This document shows positions 45,328-54,951 of a stretch of DNA of 64,000 bases, in pieces. Where the stretch lies: contig DDWQ01000011.1 of the NCBI GenBank assembly GCA_002345745.1, positions 85,995-149,994 on the forward strand, in the 5' to 3' direction. The notes beneath the pieces were generated by a model. The model did not search any database and was not told the origin of the DNA. It was given only the letters and a program-made list of their open reading frames with translations. The translations under genes and the position numbers were made by a program. The first letter of the stretch is position 1. Every line of letters begins with the position of its first letter. This stretch comes from Candidatus Moranbacteria bacterium UBA2282. GTDB taxonomy: Bacteria; Patescibacteriota; Minisyncoccia; Moranbacterales; UBA2206.

Positions 45328-47829
45328 CTATACTTTTGTCAAAAAGAAAATCAAACCTTTGCGCGCTACAAAAACCGCTATCAGTGAGGCAAAGATTTCG
45401 AAGACAATTTTTCCACTGCCACTGCCAGTTTCACTATTTTTCTTGATCACCTCTTCCGCCTGGGCAGTTTTAGCTAATTCAATATCCTGGCTCAACTTAT
45501 CAAAACCATTCTTCAAATTGGCAACGATTGAATTTTCATCACGACTATCATTACTACCGCTAACTTGCGGTTCACTGCTCTCAACAATTGCAAGTTGATT
45601 GTCATCTTCCTTCGAAGATTCTTGCTGATGTTTCTCGGTTTTTTTCTCGTGACTACTCTCAGCGACGACTTCTTGATTTTCTTCAATCACAGGCTCTTGC
45701 TCCTCCTGAATGTCTTGTGAGTCAGAATCTTGCTCGTCCTGAACCTCATTTTGAACAGTGGGATCAATTACCGTTTCGCCCGCAACTTCCACTGTGAATG
45801 CTTTTTGCGCGTCTGGCGTGGTCTTGCCAACAAGTGCCACCGTCGATTCCTGCGCGCTACCGTCCTCTTGTTCAGAGATTTCAGTTGTCTCAACCTTGAA
45901 ATCACCCTCGCCAGTTCCTTGGGTTAAAATTTTGTATTCACCGTCTATCGGATTGGGAATGGTCAAAAATTCATTCTCCGTCGCATAGCCGGAATAATAG
46001 GCGCCTTCAATTTCATCAAAAACCTCACCCGTCACAAAATCCTTCCCGACCCTTTTCCCATCCGGCGCAATGACTTGAATGTCGATTGGGGAGAAAACTT
46101 GCGTAATAAATATATTTTTAATCAAACCACTCTCAACTTTGATATCAGGTCTAATAGTTGTCAGAAGTTCCAACACATCTTTTTGTGCATCTGTTACAAT
46201 ACTTCGATGATCTGACGGCAGTTCAATTAAATTATCCGATGGTACATTTTCACTTTTGGATGAACTTAAAGGAACCGTGACATCTCCAGCATCATATCGA
46301 ATACCTCTATCACCAACAAAAACTTCAAATCCTAATGGATAACCATCAACCCAATATTTACCCATATCAGCACTTACAACATTTATTCCGCTAATTGTAT
46401 CTTTCCCCTTTGTGTTACCAATAATTTTATCATATTCAACCGCAGAAGTAAGCTTGAGAGCATTATTATTTAGCTTTTCCAAAAACTCATTATGAGGATA
46501 ACCAATTGGATATGATTTTAAATCATATCCATTATCGGCTTCATATAAATAATCATAGACTGGCAAAAGTTCCTGCAGAGAAGCAATTGGCCGATTGTGC
46601 ATATAATCAAATCTATCGGCAAAACCACCTTCCTCAGCTTCTTGAGTTACAATATGCTTCATAAAAATGTCCACCAGACTGAAAAACCAGCCATCACCAT
46701 CCCACTTCATATACGATTCAGGTGCACCAAGATTTGGAGTAGCCAGAGTAACCAGCTGGTCAACATCTCCCTGATAATAATCTGATTCAATATATTCTCG
46801 CACCAAAAGTCCACCCATCGAATGTGCTACGACATCAACTTTAGGCCAGTTAGTTACGATTTTTATCTCAGCAATTTTGCTTTTTAATTTCTTGGCATTT
46901 TCTATATTGCTATCTCGCCATTCGTAAGGAAAGATAAATAAATCTTTATCCGGTACATATCCATTATTAGCAAATTCGGTGTAGAGATTGTCATAGGTGT
47001 GAAAAACTGGATCGAGTTGCAATTTCCCATCTTTTTCCCAAGAGCCAAAAATTCCTGGAACAATTACAACTGGGTCGTGAAAACTTTTTTCTGGCAAAAA
47101 ATTAGAAAAATCAATATCGCCATCAATTTTTTCATAATAGCAAGACTGTCCACTGTAACATTTCTGCTGTGGTCCGTTAGCATCTCCCCACCAATTATAT
47201 TGAAAGTTTGGCAATGAATCTCCATCACCACGATAGACAACATCAGCAATTGCATTATTTTCAAATGTTGATCGATTCACTTTCACATCAGCAGAATTAA
47301 CATCGCCAATAAACATCACGACATCATTATCATGAAAATCACAACCTTCCGCATCTAGTGATCCACTATTTAGTTTAATGCCGCCATTATAAAAAGCATT
47401 CACAGCATTTATAATTGAATTGCCTTTCATCAGTTGAATAGAAGCACCCGCTCCGCTCATGTCCGTATTACGCATCACAATTTTACCGCCATCAACAGCA
47501 ATGGAATAGCTAGGTGCCCCGTCAGATTTTCTCAACTTCACATTATCTTTCAATGTTCCTGCAATAATCAAACTTCCATACACATCTACACCTCCGCCAT
47601 CGAAAGTTATTGTAACTCCTTTTTTTATTACTAAAGTTGCACCCTCATCAATAGACACATAAGATGTTATGGATTTATCAGTAGTCCATTCTTCATACCC
47701 AGTGATATGCTCGTTTCCATATTCATCAATTGTCTGCGAATGCACAATAAAATTCAGAGGTGAGATCGGAGCGAGGACAAGAACGATAACCAGAAAAACT
47801 CCGCAAAAAAAATTATTTATTCTTTGCAT
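45328..47829 (-). CDS. Large secreted protein: parallel beta-helix region plus LCAT/PGAP1-like alpha/beta-hydrolase (lipase/esterase) domain plus acidic low-complexity tail with a C-terminal anchor
   Basis: Signal peptide. Repeated G-x-I/V beta-helix rungs. VVIVPGIFGSW and the AHSMGG nucleophile elbow. The tail QDEQDSDSQDIQEEQE... ends in a hydrophobic segment. Confidence 0.6.
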   Translation of the reverse strand: MQRINNFFCGVFLVIVLVLAPISPLNFIVHSQTIDEYGNEHITGYEEWTTDKSITSYVSIDEGATLVIKKGVTITFDGGGVDVYGSLIIAGTLKDNVKLRKSDGAPSYSIAVDGGKIVMRNTDMSGAGASIQLMKGNSIINAVNAFYNGGIKLNSGSLDAEGCDFHDNDVVMFIGDVNSADVKVNRSTFENNAIADVVYRGDGDSLPNFQYNWWGDANGPQQKCYSGQSCYYEKIDGDIDFSNFLPEKSFHDPVVIVPGIFGSWEKDGKLQLDPVFHTYDNLYTEFANNGYVPDKDLFIFPYEWRDSNIENAKKLKSKIAEIKIVTNWPKVDVVAHSMGGLLVREYIESDYYQGDVDQLVTLATPNLGAPESYMKWDGDGWFFSLVDIFMKHIVTQEAEEGGFADRFDYMHNRPIASLQELLPVYDYLYEADNGYDLKSYPIGYPHNEFLEKLNNNALKLTSAVEYDKIIGNTKGKDTISGINVVSADMGKYWVDGYPLGFEVFVGDRGIRYDAGDVTVPLSSSKSENVPSDNLIELPSDHRSIVTDAQKDVLELLTTIRPDIKVESGLIKNIFITQVFSPIDIQVIAPDGKRVGKDFVTGEVFDEIEGAYYSGYATENEFLTIPNPIDGEYKILTQGTGEGDFKVETTEISEQEDGSAQESTVALVGKTTPDAQKAFTVEVAGETVIDPTVQNEVQDEQDSDSQDIQEEQEPVIEENQEVVAESSHEKKTEKHQQESSKEDDNQLAIVESSEPQVSGSNDSRDENSIVANLKNGFDKLSQDIELAKTAQAEEVIKKNSETGSGSGKIVFEIFASLIAVFVARKGLIFFLTKV

Positions 47830-48097
47830 TTTTTCTTTGATTATATTTAATTATTAAAAAGATATTTATAATTGGCCAAATTATTAGTGAAAAATATTGC
47901 AACCATAACAAGTCAAAACTAATAAACATTCTTGATCCAATATTAACCAAAAAAGACAAGTTAGCTAAAACTGAAAAAACAACAAGTGTTTTAAATATTT
48001 TTTTAGACAAAGCAAAAACAATTACCGCCACTATCGCCGACAATATTAGTAGTGCCATTGTTATTTGCATGTCCAGCACCGGATTCGAAAAAAACAT
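47813..48097 (-). CDS. Small membrane protein, hypothetical
   Basis: 94 aa with 3 TM helices. Confidence 0.3.
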   Translation of the reverse strand: MFFSNPVLDMQITMALLILSAIVAVIVFALSKKIFKTLVVFSVLANLSFLVNIGSRMFISFDLLWLQYFSLIIWPIINIFLIIKYNQRKNAKNK

Positions 48098-48187
48098 ATT
48101 TTTTTATTTTAATTTAATTACATTTTTATTATACTCCATCCCTCAAAAATACAAAACGCTTAAACACGCTTTGCCACACATATATTC

Positions 48188-48208
48188 TGTAGGGGTTTCA
48201 CCCCTACA
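48188..48208. repeat. REP-B copy (TGTAGGGGT-TTC-ACCCCTACA), immediately 3' of RAYT-2
   Basis: 9-bp perfect arms with a 3-nt loop. Confidence 0.75.
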
Positions 48209-48210
48209 GA

Positions 48211-48849
48211 TTATTCTTCCAGCAAATATCTTCTCATTTCATTTCTGCGTTGATTTATTTCCTTCGCATTTACATCAACAAATTTACCATAATCACTTTT
48301 ATTCTTAAACTGATTTAGAATTATTTCTGGATTGCATAACTTTTCAACATCATCACCCAAATAGCTTTTCAAACTTGACCTAAATTCTTTTACATCATGA
48401 ATAACATTATTACCATTCACATAAGCTGACAGATGCAATAAATATTCATTACTATTTATATGTATAGCCTTAAATCTTCCTTGAAATAATGAACCATTTC
48501 TTTTATTTCTATGATTAAAATATCCTGTATATCCACCGCCTATGCGTTTCATAAATTCCGATATACCACCATCACTCAACTGCTTTAGTATAAAATGAAA
48601 ATGATTTGGAAGCAGATTGTAGACAATTATTTCCACTAACGCACCATTCTGTAGGGGTTTCACCCCTACATCATTTACTTTACTTTTTATATATAAACTA
48701 ATGATGGGTTCGATTTCATTAAATTCTTTCATTGATTTAAGAAACCTGGCATAATCATATTTATCCAAAAAAATATCTCGCTTCTCCACTCCACGATTAA
48801 ACACGTGATAATATTCGCCATTTACAAATTCAAAAGAAAAGTTTCCCAT
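48211..48849 (-). CDS. REP-associated tyrosine transposase (RAYT), copy 2
   Basis: EYYHVFNRG, PNHFHFILK (HuH), GRFKAIHINSNEYLLHLSAYVNGN. Flanked by REP-B copies, and contains one REP-B in frame. Confidence 0.75.
   Translation of the reverse strand: MGNFSFEFVNGEYYHVFNRGVEKRDIFLDKYDYARFLKSMKEFNEIEPIISLYIKSKVNDVGVKPLQNGALVEIIVYNLLPNHFHFILKQLSDGGISEFMKRIGGGYTGYFNHRNKRNGSLFQGRFKAIHINSNEYLLHLSAYVNGNNVIHDVKEFRSSLKSYLGDDVEKLCNPEIILNQFKNKSDYGKFVDVNAKEINQRRNEMRRYLLEE
48650..48670. repeat. REP-B copy inside the RAYT-2 coding sequence, in frame
   Basis: tgtaggggtttcacccctaca encodes ...VGVKPLQNG... within the protein. Confidence 0.75.
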
Positions 48850-48874
48850 CTTTTTTGTTTTAGTTTTTTATATC

Positions 48875-48895
48875 TGTAGGGGTGAAACCCCTACA
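48875..48895. repeat. REP-B copy (inverted-loop orientation), 5' of RAYT-2
   Basis: tgtaggggtgaaacccctaca. Confidence 0.75.
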
Positions 48896-48934
48896 TTATT
48901 CCACTATTTAAGTTCTACTCCCTGAAGACATATC

Positions 48935-50107
48935 TCAATCATTGATCTTTTCAACTTCATCCTTCCCACAATTTGGACAATGCGATAAATATTTTATTTT
49001 AAACTCCCCACAATGTTTGCATCTTTCTTTTAACTGAAGTCCGCAATTAGGACAAAAGGTGTGTTGCGAATCTAAAGAAAAAGAGCATTTGGGACATTTT
49101 TTATCCTTCAGTCTTCTGATTGCAATTTTTGCAGAACTAAAAACTTTCTTTTGGATATAATAGACAATTCCACCAAAAATCACAATTACGATAATCACGG
49201 AACCATAATAAATTACATACCGCAAAAATGGCACTTCCATAAAGAATTTAAAAATCCTCTCCAACCATTCTTTCGGCAGGATATCATAAAGAAAAACGCC
49301 AACCACCTGCAAAAACAGTATAGCAAATGCTGTCGTTGTTGCGGTTAGAATTATCGTATAGGGACTATTCTTTCTTTTCAATTTAAAATAGAAAAACACG
49401 GAGAATGCGAAAAATGGCAGAACAAATACTAATGTAAGCAAAAATACCTTAAATTTAAGCCAAGCAACTTTATTTAAAAAATAATCTGTTGCTTCTTTGT
49501 GACTCTGCTCAATTGATTTAATAGAATCACTTATTTGGGAAATAAAAATACTTTTTTTGCTTTCCAAGGATTTGGTTTCTTCTTGAATGGCGCTAGCTTT
49601 GGCTCTCGTGCTTGTGATTTCATTTTTGATATTCTCCTTGTTCGCTATTGCCTTTTCACCAGCCATTTTCTCTTGCAAACTCAGATCATATTCTTTGATT
49701 AACTTTTGGATACTGTTTTCCAAGCCCCTAACCTCGCTTTTATTCGATTCTATGCCAGTATTTAATAAAACTATTTCCTGCAATTGCGGCTTTATGCCAT
49801 CATACTTCTCATCTAATCCAAATTTTCTATCGACATCATTGAATGAATTTTGGCAGATCGAATATTTTGTCAGGTTTTTGGGATTATGTATGGAATTCAT
49901 AACACATCCAGATGGAGCAATCGGTTTTTCAGGAATTCTCGCCAAATCAGAAAAAATTGTCTCCCCGACACCAATCACAAAAGTTACCATCACAATTAAG
50001 AGAATATATCCTAATTTTGAAGTTCTTTTTTCACTTATTTCTTCATAAGAATTTTGATCATTTTTGCCAATCTTTTTTTCTAATTGTTTTTCATTTTGCA
50101 GATTCAT
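48935..50107 (-). CDS. Membrane protein with a coiled-coil N-terminal region and a C-terminal double zinc-ribbon
   Basis: CPKCSFSL...CPNCG...CKHCG...CPNCG (four CxxC pairs). 4-5 TM helices. Confidence 0.5.
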   Translation of the reverse strand: MNLQNEKQLEKKIGKNDQNSYEEISEKRTSKLGYILLIVMVTFVIGVGETIFSDLARIPEKPIAPSGCVMNSIHNPKNLTKYSICQNSFNDVDRKFGLDEKYDGIKPQLQEIVLLNTGIESNKSEVRGLENSIQKLIKEYDLSLQEKMAGEKAIANKENIKNEITSTRAKASAIQEETKSLESKKSIFISQISDSIKSIEQSHKEATDYFLNKVAWLKFKVFLLTLVFVLPFFAFSVFFYFKLKRKNSPYTIILTATTTAFAILFLQVVGVFLYDILPKEWLERIFKFFMEVPFLRYVIYYGSVIIVIVIFGGIVYYIQKKVFSSAKIAIRRLKDKKCPKCSFSLDSQHTFCPNCGLQLKERCKHCGEFKIKYLSHCPNCGKDEVEKIND

Positions 50108-50139
50108 TTTTTTATTGCTATTTAATAAATTAGTAATTT

Positions 50140-50160
50140 TGTAGGGGTGAAACCCCTACA
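50140..50160. repeat. REP-B copy
   Basis: tgtaggggtgaaacccctaca. Confidence 0.75.
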
Positions 50161-50181
50161 AAATTATTTCTTGCTTCGATC

Positions 50182-50958
50182 CTAGATATCTTCCGCAATG
50201 CGTGGTGCTAATTTGCGGTAGGACCAGATGCTGAAGCCGAAAGCTCCGAAGACAATCGAAACAAAAACAGCATACTGATTAAAGCTGGCGAAATGATTAT
50301 TGATGAGTGATTCTTTGGTGAAATGGATGATGAAGGCCAAAGGATTAAGCAGAATTAGAGTGTGATATTTGGCTGGCAAAGTTGACAAGGGATAGATGAT
50401 TGGTGAGCCATACATAATAATCATCAAAAGCACCTCCCAAATCATTGAGAGGTCGCGAAATTTCACATAGAGCGGTGCGGTTATTAGAGCAAAAGATAGG
50501 ACGATAATATAGATGAAGATTGAAAACAGCAGGAACATTCCAATGGCTGGAAGACTTGGCATAAAACCCTTAACCGCAAAAAAGAAAATAATCACTACCA
50601 GATTCATCAAAAATATCATCGTGGCATTGATAGTTGACGCTAAAATGATAGTCCAACGCGGGACATAAATTTTCGTCACTAATTGCGACTTGCTCAATAA
50701 TGAATTCATACCAGCATTAGTGCCTTCGGCAAAAAAATAGAACATCATCAGAGCCACAAGAAGTTGCAAAGAATAGGTGTCCACACCTCCCGTTCTTGGA
50801 TTGAAAACAGATGAGAAAACAAAATTCAAAATCGCAAAAGTTAAAAGCGGTTTAAGCAATGCCCACAAATAACCCAAAAAACTACCATGATAGCGTAGCT
50901 TGAAATCAGTCTTTGCTAACATCCAGATTAGCTCTTTATAATTTTCGTGATGACGCAT
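50182..50958 (-). CDS. wzm: ABC-2 type polysaccharide exporter permease (Wzm/KpsM/TagG-like)
   Basis: LAKTDFKLRYHGSFLGYLWALLKP N-terminal signature. 6 TM helices. 258 aa. Confidence 0.75.
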   Translation of the reverse strand: MRHHENYKELIWMLAKTDFKLRYHGSFLGYLWALLKPLLTFAILNFVFSSVFNPRTGGVDTYSLQLLVALMMFYFFAEGTNAGMNSLLSKSQLVTKIYVPRWTIILASTINATMIFLMNLVVIIFFFAVKGFMPSLPAIGMFLLFSIFIYIIVLSFALITAPLYVKFRDLSMIWEVLLMIIMYGSPIIYPLSTLPAKYHTLILLNPLAFIIHFTKESLINNHFASFNQYAVFVSIVFGAFGFSIWSYRKLAPRIAEDI

Positions 50959-51020
50959 AGCGTCTAGTCTATAAAGCCTATAAAGTCTATAAAGTCCTTA
51001 AAGCCTTACTAATTAAATTA
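50959..51020. repeat. 9-bp periodic array (GTCTATAAA-type units)
   Basis: gtctataaa gcctataaa gtctataaa gtccttaaa gccttac. Confidence 0.6.
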
Positions 51021-51368
51021 TTATTTCAATTGCTTGATGAAACCCGAAAGCATCTTAGAAATTTCTAATGATTTCCCGTACATAGTTTCGAAACTTATTT
51101 TATCAATATAGTCTAAATCTGAAGCTAAGTAAAGCATTGAGCGAACTTCACCACAAGATCCCTTTGCTATGAATAAAAATCTTCCAAGTTCTTTGTCACC
51201 TTTACGTTCATATCCCTCTGCAATGTTATTCATTATTGAAACCGCAGCTCTTTGAATTTGATCTCTAAAGGAAAAGTCCCTACTTAATTTAAAAGCCCTA
51301 TAAACATCCAGCGTGAGTACGCGCGCCTTTTGCCAAGCGATAATATCTTCAAATTTTTCTATTGCCAT
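51021..51368 (-). CDS. Four-helix-bundle protein (23S rRNA IVS protein family), second copy
   Basis: 115 aa. IAEGYERKGDKE and GSCGEVRSMLYLA motifs. Confidence 0.7.
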   Translation of the reverse strand: MAIEKFEDIIAWQKARVLTLDVYRAFKLSRDFSFRDQIQRAAVSIMNNIAEGYERKGDKELGRFLFIAKGSCGEVRSMLYLASDLDYIDKISFETMYGKSLEISKMLSGFIKQLK

Positions 51369-51410
51369 TCTTTTGACTTTATGAACTTTATGGGCTTGAT
51401 GGACTTTCTA
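51369..51410. repeat. 9-bp periodic array (GACTTT-type units)
   Basis: cttttgact ttatgaact ttatgggct tgatggact ttc. Confidence 0.55.
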
Positions 51411-52364
51411 ATAATTTTGTTTATTTTTCTGATACCACTCTACAAAATTCTTCATCCCATCTTCAATTTTGGTTTTAGGATTATAGTCCAGCATTTTTCT
51501 AGCTTTTGTAATGTCGGCATAAGTTATTGGAACATCACCAGAAAACATTGGGTATTCTTTGATGTTGGCTTTTTTGCCAAGACATTTTTCCACCACTGCG
51601 ATGAAGCTATTGAGATCAATCGTATCAGAATTTCCGAGATTAAAAATTTCATAACCAAAAATTCGATCAATAGCAGAAATGACGCCGTCCACAATATCAT
51701 CAATATAGGTATAGTCACGTCTGGTTGAGCCGTCGCCAAATCTTTTCACTTCTGTGCCTTCGTCAATCCACTTGGTGCACAAAAACGGAAACATATCTGG
51801 TCGTCCACCTGGTCCATAGACAGTGAATGGTCGCACGATGTTGACATTCAATTTGTGCAGATAGTGATAGGCGTGCGCCATCAGTTCGGTGGCTTTTTTG
51901 GTCGCTGCATAGGGTGAGATGGGAAAATCAACATTATCAGTTTCGGAAAATGGAACTTTTTTGTTTTCACCATAGACTGAAGATGAACTGGTCAAGACGA
52001 AATTTTCAATCCCGAAGTCTTTTGATAAATCTAGCAAATTCAATGTGCCGATATAGTTGGTGTCGGCATAGATGAATGGATCAGCAATGCTAGGTCGCAC
52101 ACCAGCACGTGCGGCTGGATGAAAAACACGCTCAAACTTTTCCATCGCAAAAATATTTTTCATAAAGTCATAGTCAGCAATGTCGCCACGATATAATTTG
52201 TAATTTGGATTTTGTGCAAATTGTGCCACGTTTGCCTCCTTCACTTTCGGCGAATAATAATCATTGAAACTATCCACGCAAACCACGCTATCGCCTCTTT
52301 CTAATAATTTTTTGGTAACAGCTGACCCAATGAAACCTGCTCCTCCTGTGACTAATATTTTCAT
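51408..52364 (-). CDS. NAD-dependent UDP-glucuronate 4-epimerase-like SDR (epimerase/dehydratase family)
   Basis: MKILVTGGAGFIGS and the YAATKKATELMAHAYHYL (YxxxK) motif. Strong co-linearity with Cap1J/LpsL-type UDP-GlcA 4-epimerases. Confidence 0.8.
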   Translation of the reverse strand: MKILVTGGAGFIGSAVTKKLLERGDSVVCVDSFNDYYSPKVKEANVAQFAQNPNYKLYRGDIADYDFMKNIFAMEKFERVFHPAARAGVRPSIADPFIYADTNYIGTLNLLDLSKDFGIENFVLTSSSSVYGENKKVPFSETDNVDFPISPYAATKKATELMAHAYHYLHKLNVNIVRPFTVYGPGGRPDMFPFLCTKWIDEGTEVKRFGDGSTRRDYTYIDDIVDGVISAIDRIFGYEIFNLGNSDTIDLNSFIAVVEKCLGKKANIKEYPMFSGDVPITYADITKARKMLDYNPKTKIEDGMKNFVEWYQKNKQNY

Positions 52365-52369
52365 ATTTT

Positions 52370-53551
52370 TTATAATTTAGATCTTAAATAATTATAATAT
52401 TCTTCGTTATGGCTATTTTTATTGGTATATTTTTTTAAAACAGTAACTCGAGCTTGCTTTCCCATTCTAACACGAAATTCCTTATCGACAATTAATTTTT
52501 CTAATTTCTCCACCCATTCCGTGGTGCCATTCGCCACAAAGCCATCAACACCATCGGAAATCGCTTCACAAAAGACTTGTGTCGCACTAGCTACGGTTGG
52601 AACATTCATAATTCCGGCCTCAAAAAATTTAAGCTCTGATTTTGATTCACAATATGGATCACCAATTTCAAGCGGCGCTAAATTTATATCAACGTTAGAA
52701 ATATTTTCGAAATGTTTATCCCTTGGCACAAATGGAGATTGTTCGATTCTATCCTTGAATTTATTTAATTTATTTTCAACTTCTAGCGGACCAGCCAAAA
52801 TTAATTTTGTTTGCGGATATTTTTCCATGATTTCCAATAATGCATCGGCGATTGTGGCAAAATCACGATTATGACTCATAGTTCCACTGAAATATCCGAT
52901 TCTAATAAAACTATTCTTTAAATTTTTATTATTGCAAATAATTTTTTCTGTAACTTCCAAATCATGATCAGAAATTTTATTCTTAACGATAAAAACTTTT
53001 TTATTATAACCCGCTAAGATATTCGCAAGATATTTTGTCGAAGTTGAACAAACCTTAATATATTCGTCTCTTAATATTTCTTCACCCACACCTTTAGCAT
53101 ATTGTTTTTTTTCAAAATAACTCATTTTTTCATAGCTACCCGTTGCATGCATATATTTTGTGTCAAAAACCAAATCATCAGTTTCAAAAATAATTTCTTT
53201 ATTTTGTTTTTTTATATTTTTGATTAACTTTTTTACGCTTGAAGTTACAAGTGTTCGATGAAAAACAAACACGCTAAACTTATTTGCAAATAATGGAAGA
53301 AATGGATTATCTTGCATTGTGACTTCTGCATTAATACCATGTAAATTTAATTCCTCCGCAACTCTGTGCGAACGATAGTCCGCACTATCACCAACTCCTC
53401 CAGTAATAAACAAAACATCTCCTGATTTGAAACTTAAAGCAGTTTTAAAAAAAGTCCTCAAATAACTCAATGATCTTCTTCCGCCAACAATAATTCCATC
53501 TCTTTGCACCGCCGCGATTGCCTTGCCTAATTTTATCAAATATAGATTCAT
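52370..53551 (-). CDS. Putative GT-B glycosyltransferase (GT4-like), paralog of 35699..36859
   Basis: FETDDLVFD, RIGYFSGTMSH, ESKSELKFFEAGIMNVP. Confidence 0.5.
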   Translation of the reverse strand: MNLYLIKLGKAIAAVQRDGIIVGGRRSLSYLRTFFKTALSFKSGDVLFITGGVGDSADYRSHRVAEELNLHGINAEVTMQDNPFLPLFANKFSVFVFHRTLVTSSVKKLIKNIKKQNKEIIFETDDLVFDTKYMHATGSYEKMSYFEKKQYAKGVGEEILRDEYIKVCSTSTKYLANILAGYNKKVFIVKNKISDHDLEVTEKIICNNKNLKNSFIRIGYFSGTMSHNRDFATIADALLEIMEKYPQTKLILAGPLEVENKLNKFKDRIEQSPFVPRDKHFENISNVDINLAPLEIGDPYCESKSELKFFEAGIMNVPTVASATQVFCEAISDGVDGFVANGTTEWVEKLEKLIVDKEFRVRMGKQARVTVLKKYTNKNSHNEEYYNYLRSKL

Positions 53552-53663
53552 AATAATGTAGTCTTTAAAGTCATAAAGTTGAAAGTCCTTAAAGTCTATA
53601 AAGTCGAAAGCTTTACGGGCTTGACGGACTTTTGGACTTGATAGACTTTACAGACTTTTAGAC
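53552..53663. repeat. Intergenic palindromic array of twelve 9-bp units (AAAGTC half, then GACTTT half)
   Basis: gtctttaaa gtcataaag ttgaaagtc cttaaagtc tataaagtc gaaagcttt acgggcttg acggacttt tggacttga tagacttta cagactttt agactt. Confidence 0.65.
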
Positions 53664-54839
53664 TTAGTTAACTTTCCTATAAATTTCATCAATCTTTTGC
53701 GCCGAATTTTTCCAACTAAATGAGGCGGCGCGTTTTTTATTATTTTCACCTTTCACACGTGCCTCCTGTGGATTTTGTGCTAAATACAAAATACCCTCCG
53801 TAATTCCTTCGGCTGACGGCGCGCAGAAATAGCCACCCTCGCCCAGATAATTGCGATTGTTAGCTTTATCAAAACACACCACTGGCAATCCCGCGGACAT
53901 ATAATTCAACATTTTACCGCTGGCTTGATTAGTATCGGAATTCTTCGGATCAATCGCCACGTCAGCTACACAATTAAAAGCTGGCAAGTCGAAATAATTT
54001 AGTGGGCTCACCACTCGTACAAATTTTTCCAACTTATTCTCCCGCACAAACTGGACAGCATAATGATCTGGAAAGCCACCAATCAAAAAGAAAATGTTCG
54101 AATTTTGTTTCACTGTCAATTCAATCGCTCGAAAAAGATAGTCGATGCCTTTGTTTGGCACCAATCCTCCCGAATAGACCACAACAAATTTATCAGCTGG
54201 AATTTCCAGCTCTTTTCGAAGTTCATTTTTGTCCTGCTTTAAATTAAAACTATCTAGATTAGTTCCGTCCAGTATCACTTCGACGCTTTCCTTGTTTTTT
54301 CTGGCATCTTTTATGGTTGCTAAATTTTCCCAAGAACTGACCACCGCCCAATCTCCCAGACTATTGATGAATCTTTCAACTATCTGAAAAAACCATTTCA
54401 AGCCTTTTTTTAGATAACCATGAGAAACCATCTCACCAGTCAAACTGCCATGAAAATCAGCTACTAATTTTATTTTTCTCCAAAAAAGAATTTTCTGTAC
54501 AAGGAAGCCGATCAAAACTCCTTCATGCAAATGACCGTGAATAATGTCTGGCTTTTGTGTACGTGCCAAAAAAAGAACTTTTTTAATAAGCATCAGATCC
54601 AAAATGATTTTTTGCCAATCCGGACCAGCTTCCAATTTTTTATACCAAAAAAGCAAGCGACGGATTCTCCGCACATCAATTTTGGTTTCAATTTCAGCTG
54701 AAATATCTTTACCAATATGATAGGTGGCAATTGTAATTTGATTGCCCAGCTTTTCCAAAGCCAGTGCTTCTTCCAAAATCCGAATATGTGTTCCGCGATC
54801 AGAAAAAAATGGCGTAGGAGCAATAACAAGAATTTTCAT
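53664..54839 (-). CDS. GT4-family glycosyltransferase
   Basis: MKILVIAPTPFFSDRGTHIR N-terminus. C-terminal GKMLNYMSAGLPVVCFD. Confidence 0.8.
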   Translation of the reverse strand: MKILVIAPTPFFSDRGTHIRILEEALALEKLGNQITIATYHIGKDISAEIETKIDVRRIRRLLFWYKKLEAGPDWQKIILDLMLIKKVLFLARTQKPDIIHGHLHEGVLIGFLVQKILFWRKIKLVADFHGSLTGEMVSHGYLKKGLKWFFQIVERFINSLGDWAVVSSWENLATIKDARKNKESVEVILDGTNLDSFNLKQDKNELRKELEIPADKFVVVYSGGLVPNKGIDYLFRAIELTVKQNSNIFFLIGGFPDHYAVQFVRENKLEKFVRVVSPLNYFDLPAFNCVADVAIDPKNSDTNQASGKMLNYMSAGLPVVCFDKANNRNYLGEGGYFCAPSAEGITEGILYLAQNPQEARVKGENNKKRAASFSWKNSAQKIDEIYRKVN

Positions 54840-54951
54840 AAGGATTATATATATTAAGTCAAAAATTCATAAGCTTTATGAACTTATACCAATTTTACCC
54901 CATAAATATCCATTTGGCAAAAGCCTATTTAGGCTATATAATTAAGTAACT
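54840..54951. repeat. Divergent promoter region containing a short 9-bp periodic array
   Basis: ttcataagc tttatgaac ttatacc. Confidence 0.4.
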
